64,000 nt of DNA from a virus: the IMG/VR virus record IMGVR_UViG_3300042473_001368. The stretch is one strand, 5' to 3'. Within the stretch, counting starts at the first letter, position 1; the number at the start of each line of letters is the position of its first letter. Below the pieces are notes generated by a model. The model was not told the origin of the DNA. It saw nothing but the letters and a program-made list of their open reading frames with translations, and did no database searches. Shown piece by piece: positions 10,166-17,342 of the stretch. A program made the position numbers and the translations under genes.

Positions 10166-10360
10166 ATGGAAAATAATAGTAATAATGGGTGGTTTGCATT
10201 AGCACTAACCTTGGTGTTTATTGTGCTTAAATTAACCCAGCAGATTGATTGGTCTTGGTGGTGGGTATTGTCTCCGCTCTGGCTGCCTCTTGCGTTGGTA
10301 CTTTGCTTGGCAGCTATAGTCGTGATATTTATGGCACTATTTGGAGGTTTTATGAGATGA
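10166..10360 (+). CDS. small membrane protein (IDWSWWWVLSPLW family)
   Basis: Two hydrophobic segments with the L.LVFIVLKL...IDWSWWWVLSPLW motif common in phages. Confidence 0.7.
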   Translation: MENNSNNGWFALALTLVFIVLKLTQQIDWSWWWVLSPLWLPLALVLCLAAIVVIFMALFGGFMR

Positions 10361-10710
10361 GCGAAAAACGATTAGACGGCAAAGCAGAGCTTGAAAGAGC
10401 TCTGAAGCTACACCAAGCCAGCGCAGATAATTATCATGTTGGTAATATGTACCCTTTGAAGGATGGTGAAGAGATTGACTTGTCACAGTTAACTATTAGT
10501 TCAAAAAGCATGAGCAAACCTTTAATCAATTGTTATGATGGTTTAAGTGAAGAGTATTTAAATAGCTTGAGTAAAGACGATCTGGTAAATATTTTGCTAA
10601 TTATCACCACCGTTAATCCAGTTAATAGTGGTGAATATTATCCCACTGATTGCTATCTTCCAGATACGCTAGCAGACATAATCAGAAAAAGACATGTACG
10701 GACGACTTAA
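10357..10710 (+). CDS. hypothetical protein
   Basis: Start MSEKRL overlaps the upstream stop (ATGA). Confidence 0.55.
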   Translation: MSEKRLDGKAELERALKLHQASADNYHVGNMYPLKDGEEIDLSQLTISSKSMSKPLINCYDGLSEEYLNSLSKDDLVNILLIITTVNPVNSGEYYPTDCYLPDTLADIIRKRHVRTT

Positions 10711-10897
10711 CAGAAACCAGTCTACACAAATGATTGAGGAAAATGCTAATTGCGCATGTAGGGAATGTAATCCAAATGCATGGTGGATGGTTGTATGCTG
10801 CATTTGCGGCAATAAACGCTGTCCTCATGCTACAAATCATGAAAATGAGTGCACCAACAGCAACGAAACAGGTCAAGCAGGATCAGTTTATAAATAA
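10694..10897 (+). CDS. small Cys-rich Zn-binding protein
   Basis: C.C.EC..MVVC..CGNKRCPHA..H...CT.SNE.GQ.GS motif. Confidence 0.65.
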   Translation: MYGRLNRNQSTQMIEENANCACRECNPNAWWMVVCCICGNKRCPHATNHENECTNSNETGQAGSVYK

Positions 10898-10921
10898 GGA
10901 ACGCTGATATAATTATCTTAT

Positions 10922-11602
10922 ATGGAACTTACAACAGATTTACTAGTCGTAATGGGCGATACTCATGGAGAATGGGGATCTGCTCTTGATGCTATACAAA
11001 GGAATCATATTCGTGATGCAATTATTCTGCACGCTGGAGATGTAGGCATTGGCTTCCTACCTAAAGATGTGCAGGAAGAAATACTTGAGTCTCTTAATGC
11101 AGAGCTCGCAGAAAGAAATGTGCGAATGTTTTGCATTAGAGGCAATCACGATGACCCGCAATACTTTACTGGTGACTATGCATATTCGAATATTGCACTG
11201 ATACCAGACTATACGCGCATGCGAATCAATGGCGAAGAGTTTTTGTTTGTAGGTGGTGCAATTAGTATTGATCGCATCAAGCGTACTACTTATAAGTCTT
11301 GGTGGCCTGATGAAGTACTGGTATATGATGCAGAGCGTGTTACGCCATGTGATGTTCTAGTTACTCATACTGCTCCAAGCTGGGTTGGTCCGAATGATAA
11401 AACTGGTATTGCTTATTACACTGAGAATGACGCCACTCTTTGGGCTGAATGCGTCTCTGAGAGAATTCTCATGAATAAATTAGTTGAAGCATGCGGTGCA
11501 AAGCGTCACTATTGCGGCCACTTTCATATGAGTGCAACTGCAGAAAACAATGGTTGTCGTAGCACAATCCTTAATATCAATGAACTATTAGAACATCGCT
11601 AA
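10922..11602 (+). CDS. calcineurin-like metallophosphoesterase
   Basis: GDTHG, GDVG, GNHD, THTAP, GHFH. Confidence 0.9.
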   Translation: MELTTDLLVVMGDTHGEWGSALDAIQRNHIRDAIILHAGDVGIGFLPKDVQEEILESLNAELAERNVRMFCIRGNHDDPQYFTGDYAYSNIALIPDYTRMRINGEEFLFVGGAISIDRIKRTTYKSWWPDEVLVYDAERVTPCDVLVTHTAPSWVGPNDKTGIAYYTENDATLWAECVSERILMNKLVEACGAKRHYCGHFHMSATAENNGCRSTILNINELLEHR

Positions 11603-11621
11603 GATTATAAATGAAGCTATT

Positions 11622-12044
11622 ATGAGTGAGATAAATAATTTTAATAACTATATACGACTTTATAAGAAAAATATTGCAGAAATTCTTGAAAAGAAGGTTA
11701 AGCCTCTCTTTGAACTTATCGCAATCCTTGAGAAACAAAGGGATGAAATTATTTTAGATTCTCAGTTTACATGGAATGAAAAGACATTTAAAGTTTCAGA
11801 TATGCAATGGTATAACGACTGGATGTATGATGACTGTCCTTATACTCCAGGCTATAAGAGTTTTACAGAGACATTAAAATTGTTGTCTGTTGATAATAAA
11901 AGTGAATTTTTAACACTGCCTGCTAATGAGCATGGATGGTATGATAATTATCACCAACAATTCAAAGACTTCGAGAACTTTTTCATTGATAAATTTGGTG
12001 TTTCATTTAAAATGATACTAAAGAAAGGTGAAGTGAAACAATAA
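11622..12044 (+). CDS. hypothetical protein
   Basis: 140-aa ORF. Confidence 0.6.
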   Translation: MSEINNFNNYIRLYKKNIAEILEKKVKPLFELIAILEKQRDEIILDSQFTWNEKTFKVSDMQWYNDWMYDDCPYTPGYKSFTETLKLLSVDNKSEFLTLPANEHGWYDNYHQQFKDFENFFIDKFGVSFKMILKKGEVKQ

Positions 12045-12045
12045 T

Positions 12046-12282
12046 ATGTCAAAAAAAATACTAGCTACCTCAAAAACGTGCGGACCGTGTCATGTGCTTA
12101 AAGCGCAGTTAAATCGACTGTCTATTGAGATCGAAACCAAAGATCTTACTAATTCAGCAGATTTTCAATGGTTTAGAAAGCACTCTATTAGACATGTACC
12201 GTGTCTCGTTGTAGAGGATGATAATGGTGATATTGAGATTGTTCAAGGAACAGAAGAAATTATTCAGAGACTCAAAGCTTAG
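12046..12282 (+). CDS. glutaredoxin/thioredoxin-like protein
   Basis: CGPC motif and later IRHVPCLV cis-Pro motif. Confidence 0.85.
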   Translation: MSKKILATSKTCGPCHVLKAQLNRLSIEIETKDLTNSADFQWFRKHSIRHVPCLVVEDDNGDIEIVQGTEEIIQRLKA

Positions 12283-12341
12283 GGCTTGAGTCTCTGTTTT
12301 TTGTGAGAAATCTAATTGTTTTTCATAAATAATAATTAGAT

Positions 12342-12530
12342 ATGTTTAATGACCATCTCAGTAAAATTTACGCACTCGGAACAACAGGTCCATTCGCAGG
12401 AATTGCGTTAAGCCACGGACTTATTAACGAGTGGCTTCAAACAGTTTCACTGTCTATGGGTATTTTAACAGGTATAATCGCTGTTTGCACTTTTATTGCA
12501 AAAAATAGTAGAAAAAGCGACAAGAAGTAA
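12342..12530 (+). CDS. small membrane protein, holin-like
   Basis: Hydrophobic helix with basic C-tail, late-type CATAAATA upstream. Confidence 0.45.
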   Translation: MFNDHLSKIYALGTTGPFAGIALSHGLINEWLQTVSLSMGILTGIIAVCTFIAKNSRKSDKK

Positions 12531-12663
12531 TAAATAATTTTCGTGATACGATATTCAAAAAGCTGGACAAGACAGTCAGCGGAGCTCTTCGGAGGTTCGC
12601 CGATGAATTGCATTGTGTTAGTTTTTTGAGATCCGTATAACATAAGCGCAAAAAGCACCAAGG

Positions 12664-12695
12664 AAGCGGATCTCTTAACTGAGATCCGCTTTTTT
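12664..12695 (+). terminator. intrinsic terminator
   Basis: gcggatctc-ttaact-gagatccgc followed by a T run. Confidence 0.85.
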
Positions 12696-13043
12696 AATGA
12701 ACTTCATTATAATGGTGTTGTAATAGAGAAACAAGATAAAGGTTCAAGACGAGGGAGCACCTGAAGCGCCCAAGCGTGCACGATTAGGTGTCACTACAAC
12801 ATAGCGTTTGTAGGTAGTGTATATTGTTTTAAAAATTTCTCAAAAATATAAGTTGTTTTTGTTAACGAACTAGGATATAATGATGATGTCAGCGATGATC
12901 TAAATGATCGACGATGTCAAGGCCAGTACAAAGGTATTGGTTATCCGAATAGGATATTTTCTATTGTTCTTTGACAAGCAAAACACTTAACAGTCAGGGT
13001 TTCGGTCGCCTGACTTTAAAGAAAAGACCGAACATTTTCAAAT

Positions 13044-13118
13044 GGACCGTTCGTCCAACGGATAGGACTAAGGCCTTCTAAGCCTCCAATCTAGGTTCGA
13101 ATCCTAGACGGTCTACCA
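13044..13118 (+). tRNA. tRNA-Arg(TCT)
   Basis: Cloverleaf, loop CTTCTAA, TTCGAA T-loop, CCA. Confidence 0.92.
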
Positions 13119-13120
13119 AT

Positions 13121-13192
13121 GCTGCTATCGTCTATCGGTTAGGACAAATGGTTTTCAACCATTAGAGCGGGGTTCAACTCCCCGTGGCAGCT
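13121..13192 (+). tRNA. tRNA-Glu(TTC)
   Basis: Cloverleaf, loop TTTTCAA, CCA not encoded. Confidence 0.9.
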
Positions 13193-13234
13193 CTCTTTTT
13201 TCAGGTTAAGACATGAACTAGTATAAATACTAGT

Positions 13235-13837
13235 ATGTATTATACGGTTTATAAGATAACAAACTTAATTAACGGTAAAATATATGTTGGTGTTCATAGA
13301 ACATCCAACTTGAATGATTCGTATATGGGATCTGGTATGCTTATTAAGCAAGCGATTACCAAACACGGAGTTGAAAACTTTGAGCGTGAATACTTAGCGG
13401 TCTTCGATAACCCTGAAGATATGTATGACATGGAGTCGAAAATAGTAAATGAAGAATTTATTAACTCTCCATCTTCTTACAACCTTGCTACAGGCGGCTA
13501 CGGAGGCTGTCCTATATCTGGATCAAAAGGAGGCAAAAATTGTGCTGCAAAGTATAAGACGGACCCTGCTCTTGCAGAGGAACGATATTTTAGAAATAAG
13601 CTTCGTTTTGAAGAGTTAAAAAAGCAGGGAAAATGTTTAGGTGGTCCAAAATTTAAAGGGATGAAACACACCGAAGAGACAAAAGCAAAGATCGGGGCTA
13701 GTATTTCTAAAAAATGTCGTGGAGAAAACAACTCTCAGTTCGGGACAATGTGGATAACAGATAAGGTTACAAATAAAAAGATTTCAAAATTCGAACCTAT
13801 CCCAGAAGGCTGGGAAAAAGGTCGTATAATAAAGTAA
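13235..13837 (+). mobile_element. free-standing GIY-YIG homing endonuclease (segB-like position in the tRNA array)
   Basis: VYKITNLINGKIYVG, Y.GSG, F.RE, NUMOD3-like KHTEETKAKIG; TATAAATA promoter. Confidence 0.88.
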
Positions 13838-13854
13838 AAGTATGTTCTTAATAT

Positions 13855-13931
13855 CCTATTGTAGCTCAGTTGGTCAGAGCACTCGGTTGATAACCGATAG
13901 GTCGCAGGTTCAAATCCTGCCAGTAGGACCA
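13855..13931 (+). tRNA. tRNA-Ile(GAT)
   Basis: Cloverleaf, loop TTGATAA, CCA. Confidence 0.92.
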
Positions 13932-13943
13932 AATTTTTCAAAG

Positions 13944-14032
13944 GTACGTGAGGCTACTGTTGGTTGTGTGGCGGCAGACTGTAACCCTGCTCATCAGAAA
14001 CATCGTTGGTTCGATTCCAACCGCGTACACCA
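13944..14032 (+). tRNA. tRNA-Tyr(GTA)
   Basis: Loop CTGTAAC, long variable arm, CCA. Confidence 0.85.
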
Positions 14033-14040
14033 TTTTTATT

Positions 14041-14115
14041 CCGAGGTTAGCATATGTAGTAATGTCCTGCCTTGTGACGGCAGCGAACATGGTGCAAGTC
14101 CATGACCGCGGACCA
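14041..14115 (+). tRNA. tRNA-His(GTG) copy 1
   Basis: ctgcc-TTGTGAC-ggcag, CCA; no G-1, A73. Confidence 0.8.
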
Positions 14116-14120
14116 TTTTT

Positions 14121-14214
14121 GAGCAGCGAGAACTCGGACTAAGTAAAAGGAGGTTCAACTCCTCCATTCTCTGGCTAGTCACTATCAGGATGACAACCTG
14201 ACTGCTCAAATCCA
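14121..14214 (+). ncRNA. structured RNA with an internal T-arm mimic
   Basis: gagcag/ctgctc end pairing, ggagg-TTCAACT-cctcc arm, extra hairpins, ends ATCCA. Confidence 0.45.
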
Positions 14215-14228
14215 CTTTTTTTTAAAAA

Positions 14229-14303
14229 GCACCGTTAGTGTAATGGATAACACGCAAGATTACGACTCTTGTAATAAAGGTTCGAGTCCTTTATGGTGCA
14301 CCA
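14229..14303 (+). tRNA. tRNA-Arg(ACG)
   Basis: caaga-TTACGAC-tcttg, CCA. Confidence 0.92.
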
Positions 14304-14312
14304 ATTTAATAT

Positions 14313-14387
14313 CGGTATGAAGCTTTAATGGTGAAGCGGTTGTCTGAAGAACAACATAAGACGATTCAAGCGCGTCCATGCCGGCCA
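14313..14387 (+). tRNA. tRNA-Phe(GAA), divergent
   Basis: gttgt-CTGAAGA-acaac; imperfect T stem, G73, CCA. Confidence 0.75.
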
Positions 14388-14396
14388 ATTTTCAAT

Positions 14397-14470
14397 CGCG
14401 GGGTAGAGTAGAGGTAACTCAACGGTCTCATAAGCCGTGTACGTGGGTTCGAATCCCACCCCTGCAACCA
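14397..14470 (+). tRNA. tRNA-Met(CAT), initiator-like
   Basis: Loop CTCATAA, C1xA72 mismatch, CCA. Confidence 0.85.
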
Positions 14471-14477
14471 ATTTTAT

Positions 14478-14552
14478 GGAGCATTAGTATATCGGTTAGT
14501 ACGAAGGATTGTCGATCCTTTGGGACGGGTTCGACTCCCGTATGCTCCGCCA
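14478..14552 (+). tRNA. tRNA-Asp(GTC)
   Basis: aagga-TTGTCGA-tcctt, G73, CCA. Confidence 0.92.
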
Positions 14553-14564
14553 AATAACATTTAA

Positions 14565-14640
14565 CGGGCCTGAAGTGTAACCTGGTTGCACGCTTCGTTT
14601 GGGGCGAAGAAGAGGCGTTCGAATCGCACAGGCCCGACCA
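14565..14640 (+). tRNA. tRNA-Pro(TGG)
   Basis: cttcg-TTTGGGG-cgaag, C1-G72, CCA. Confidence 0.88.
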
Positions 14641-14653
14641 ATTTTCAAAACAT

Positions 14654-14727
14654 GCGTTGATCGTCTAATGGTAAGACCTTGGATTCCAAACCCAAAGATG
14701 TGAGTTCGATTCTTACTCAACGTGCCA
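14654..14727 (+). tRNA. tRNA-Trp(CCA)
   Basis: Loop TTCCAAA, G73, CCA. Confidence 0.8.
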
Positions 14728-14729
14728 AA

Positions 14730-14805
14730 CGAGGCGAAGCTTTGATGGCTGAAGCAATCGGTTCTTACCCGATAGAAGCCGGCTCGAGTCCGGACGCCTT
14801 GACCA
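14730..14805 (+). tRNA. tRNA-Lys(CTT)
   Basis: atcgg-TTCTTAC-ccgat, CCA. Confidence 0.82.
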
Positions 14806-14821
14806 ATTTTCAATAAACAAC

Positions 14822-14897
14822 GGGTCTATGATGAAACTGGTTATCATATCTGACTTTTAATCAGACTTTCCGAGTTCGAATCTCGGTGGACCTACCA
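14822..14897 (+). tRNA. tRNA-Lys(TTT)
   Basis: tctga-CTTTTAA-tcaga, CCA. Confidence 0.92.
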
Positions 14898-14905
14898 ATT
14901 TCAAT

Positions 14906-14980
14906 AGGACTTTCGTATAACGGTTATTACTCTCGGCTTTGACCCGATAGATAGATGTTCAATTCATCTAGGTCCTACCA
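14906..14980 (+). tRNA. tRNA-Gln(TTG)
   Basis: Loop CTTTGAC, CCA. Confidence 0.88.
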
Positions 14981-15102
14981 ATTTGCGTCATTGACAGAGC
15001 GAGCTATTCACTCGTGATCATCATTTGAGGCTGGGAAAAGTTGCTGAGACGACGGAGAAGGAATTCTTTAGTTGCAGAACTTAGTACCTAAACATTTTTA
15101 AT

Positions 15103-15193
15103 TCCCAGCGACCCGAGCAGGCGAACGGGCGTGGCTGTTAACCACTGCACCATGAATAATGGAGGCTAGGATCGTTACCTAGGCTGGGAGCCA
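15103..15193 (+). tRNA. tRNA-Asn(GTT) with long variable arm
   Basis: Loop CTGTTAA, ccat/atgg variable hairpin, atypical T-loop ATCGTTA, G73, CCA. Confidence 0.78.
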
Positions 15194-15202
15194 TTTTACA
15201 AA

Positions 15203-15282
15203 GGAGTCGGACTGTTGTCAGCATCCAAATCTGTGAAAAGAGGAGGTTAGGTAATAAGTGGGACGAAACCCACACGGCGCCA
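15203..15282 (+). ncRNA. degenerate tRNA-like RNA ending in CCA
   Basis: ggagtcg/cggcgcc end pairing, gtggg-acgaaa-cccac arm, no valid anticodon stem. Confidence 0.35.
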
Positions 15283-15294
15283 TTTTTTCAATCT

Positions 15295-15376
15295 TTGCAT
15301 AGCGTGTATTGGTTCTGGTAGAGCGCGCATAACTCTGAGCATGTCAGAGAGAATCTACAAAGTATACGCTATGCAA
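15295..15376 (+). ncRNA. long-stem structured RNA
   Basis: 15-bp terminal stem ttgcatagcgtgtat/gtatacgctatgcaa enclosing a ctctga/tcagag hairpin. Confidence 0.5.
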
Positions 15377-15383
15377 TTCTAAA

Positions 15384-15464
15384 TGTCCGCCGGCTGAGAC
15401 TACGCTGATGCACAGTTTGAGTTTAATAGCTCTTAACGATAACGCCGATAATTAGTGGACGCCA
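15384..15464 (+). ncRNA. CCA-terminated RNA with an acceptor-like stem
   Basis: gtccgc/gtggac followed by GCCA; no D, T or anticodon arms. Confidence 0.4.
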
Positions 15465-15512
15465 AATTTCATAGTTGAAGTTCAAAGGAACTAGATTATA
15501 ATAATAATGTAA

Positions 15513-15636
15513 GCAATAGTAGCGAATGGTACAGCAGCGTGTCAGTAGTCAAGATCTCATGGCGGAAACAGGCGGAATACGACAGTACGAGAAACTGGAG
15601 CGTGTTTTTATGGAGGTTCAACTCCTCTCTATTGTT
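15513..15636 (+). ncRNA. tRNA-scaffold RNA with an expanded central domain
   Basis: gcaatag/ctattgt acceptor, TAGC D-arm start, ggagg-TTCAACT-cctct T-arm, ~50 extra nt; own GAAC-N5-TATAAT promoter at 15488-15502. Confidence 0.55.
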
Positions 15637-15750
15637 TAATGCAATCGGCCTCGTGAACAGTGGTGATGCTCTCAGCTTGGATTAAGTTCCTGTCTTCGGA
15701 TTGCTGTGGTCGTATACCTGCGCCTAAAGCTGTTCAAACAATTTTAAAAT

Positions 15751-15843
15751 GCTCCTGTAGGTTAATGGTAAACCACCGGCCTTATACACCGTTTAGCGCT
15801 AGATGTGCGCGAAATCCGGGTTCGAATCCCGGCGGGAGTACCA
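15751..15843 (+). tRNA. tRNA with TAT anticodon (nominal Ile-UAU) and long variable arm
   Basis: Loop CTTATAC, canonical T arm, ~23-nt variable region, A73, CCA. Confidence 0.75.
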
Positions 15844-15853
15844 AATTTTCAAT

Positions 15854-15929
15854 ACGCTTGTAGCTCAGTGGTTAGAGCAAGCCTCTCATAAAGGTTAGGT
15901 CATGGGTTCAAGCCCCATCGGGCGTACCA
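15854..15929 (+). tRNA. tRNA(CAT), elongator Met or Ile2
   Basis: Loop CTCATAA, CCA. Confidence 0.88.
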
Positions 15930-15942
15930 ATTTCTTGAAACA

Positions 15943-16070
15943 TTAACACGCCACACTCTGATCAAGCGACGTGGTAATTATAGATAGACATACAATGCAG
16001 AAGGTTCGATTCCTTGACTCTGGTGAGGTCTGTGTAGTATGGAATGGATCGTGAAATCCTATAGTGTTAA
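15943..16070 (+). ncRNA. structured RNA with an internal T-arm mimic
   Basis: ttaacac/gtgttaa end pairing, aagg-TTCGATT-cctt arm, further hairpins. Confidence 0.4.
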
Positions 16071-16089
16071 TGTATAAATAATTTTTTAT

Positions 16090-16163
16090 GGGGCTATGAT
16101 GTAACGGTAACATACAAGATTTGCAATTTTGTTCTGAGAGTTCGATTCTCTCTAGCTCCACCA
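16090..16163 (+). tRNA. tRNA-Ala(TGC)
   Basis: Loop TTTGCAA, G3.U70, A73, CCA. Confidence 0.92.
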
Positions 16164-16173
16164 AATTTCAATC

Positions 16174-16248
16174 CCCGCTGTAGCTTATACGGTAAAGCCT
16201 ACGCTTGTGACGCGTACTAACTCGGTTCGATCCCGAGCAGCTGGACCA
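16174..16248 (+). tRNA. tRNA-His(GTG) copy 2
   Basis: tacgc-TTGTGAC-gcgta, CCA; no G-1, A73. Confidence 0.82.
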
Positions 16249-16251
16249 AAC

Positions 16252-16325
16252 GCGCTAATAATTTAATGGTAAAATGTCTGTCTTCCAAGCAGAATTCCTG
16301 AGTTCGATTCTCAGTTAGCGTACCA
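16252..16325 (+). tRNA. tRNA-Gly(TCC)
   Basis: tctgt-CTTCCAA-gcaga, A73, CCA. Confidence 0.9.
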
Positions 16326-16330
16326 ATTTA

Positions 16331-16591
16331 ACAACTCTGTAATTCCGTAACATAGCATAGATGATAATGCGCCCGAAAGGGAGAAGGTGCTTAGACCACA
16401 TGAGGAAAAAAGAATTCAGAATTTCGGTGATCTGAATTAAAAGAAAACACCGTACACTTTTAATGCTGAAGTAGCCAAGCGTAATTGTGAGGGGTTCTAT
16501 TTTGCGTCCTATGCGTTTTCTCACCGTTTTAGCGACGATGCAAGTCAAGCCCAATGAGCGGGAAATAACGGATCAGGTTTGAGGTCATCCA
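16331..16591 (+). ncRNA. candidate ~260-nt structured RNA
   Basis: No credible ORF between tRNAs; several hairpins (ccc-gaaa-ggg, aattcag/ctgaatt); ends GTCATCCA. Confidence 0.4.
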
Positions 16592-16607
16592 GTAAAAACC
16601 TTATAAT

Positions 16608-16682
16608 GGCCGCAAAACATAGATGGCGATGTGCTGGTTTTGTACTCCAGATAGGAGGGTTCAAGTCCTTCTGCGGCCTCCA
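16608..16682 (+). tRNA. tRNA-Thr(TGT) copy 1
   Basis: Loop TTTGTAC, CCA. Confidence 0.85.
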
Positions 16683-16691
16683 TATTTTTTT

Positions 16692-16851
16692 GACACAGAC
16701 GGTCTAGCTGTTGTAATTTACGAGACCATAAGAGAGGGTGATTGCGAGTGCGAATGCGTAGTAAGTCTTTTGACCGAAACAAAACAATATCTCGACAAGA
16801 CCGGATACTTGAACAAATTTCTGCCTCTCAAACTTCAGCGTGTGTCATCCA
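16692..16851 (+). ncRNA. candidate ~160-nt multibranch RNA
   Basis: gacaca/tgtgtc closing stem, ggtct/agacc and gagagg/cctctc helices; ends GTCATCCA. Confidence 0.42.
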
Positions 16852-17062
16852 ATTTGTATGAACAGCCGCTTTTCGTGTCTAGGGAAAAGCTCCACAATAT
16901 CAAGGTTATGATATGGCGCTGGTGAAATTCCAGAACGGATTCAAATTTACCTAAACGGGCTCATGAAACATAGGGACGGGCTCTTCCAATAGCGTGATGG
17001 CTATAGTCTTCGGACGAAGAGTATGTATATCTTGCAGAAGTGTTTCACTACAATTTTTTAAT

Positions 17063-17136
17063 GCCTTGTTAGTTCAATGGTAGAACGTCTGTTTTGTAAT
17101 CAGAAGGCGAGAGTTCGATTCTCTCACTCGGCTCCA
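17063..17136 (+). tRNA. tRNA-Thr(TGT) copy 2
   Basis: Loop TTTGTAA, two acceptor mismatches, CCA. Confidence 0.8.
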
Positions 17137-17145
17137 ATTTTCTTA

Positions 17146-17241
17146 CAGTATATAGTGTAGTGATAGCACAACAAATGCGAACTGTGAAAACAGATGTAGC
17201 TAATCAAAATGGTTGCGAGGGTTTGATTCCCTCTGTACTGA
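17146..17241 (+). ncRNA. tRNA-scaffold RNA lacking a normal anticodon arm
   Basis: cagtata/tgtactg acceptor, D arm, gaggg/ccctc T arm; centre holds a ctgt-GAAA-acag hairpin. Confidence 0.55.
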
Positions 17242-17257
17242 CAAATTTTTAAACAAA

Positions 17258-17341
17258 GCGCAGGTGGTGGAATGGTATACACAGCAGTCTTAGAAGCTGC
17301 CGCCGTAAGGCTTGTGGGTTCGAGTCCCACCCTGCGCACCA
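17258..17341 (+). tRNA. tRNA-Leu(TAG)
   Basis: gcagt-CTTAGAA-gctgc, long variable arm, CCA. Confidence 0.93.
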
Positions 17342-17342
17342 T

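Noticed and set aside
14654-14727. Gly(TCC) reading of this tRNA
   Set aside because: The TTCCAAA loop (Trp) gives four stem pairs and G73 fits Trp; the Gly register pairs poorly.
14984-15090. Possible degenerate tRNA with an ATT loop
   Set aside because: Only one hairpin (gcgag/ctcgt) is convincing; there is no acceptor or T arm.
15781-15787. Ochre suppressor (TTA) reading of the 15751 tRNA
   Set aside because: Shifting the loop destroys the anticodon stem; TAT gives the better pairing. ORFs also end normally at TAA, TAG and TGA, so there is no sign of recoding.
16331-16591. RNase P RNA
   Set aside because: It has a GAGGAAA-like stretch but lacks the complementary P4 partner (GGCUUA-type CR V) and the other conserved regions.
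13498-17342. Numerous six-frame ORFs across the tRNA array (e.g. 13735, 14496, 15943, 16315, 17124)
   Set aside because: They are antisense or overlapping translations of tRNA genes with no protein-like motifs.
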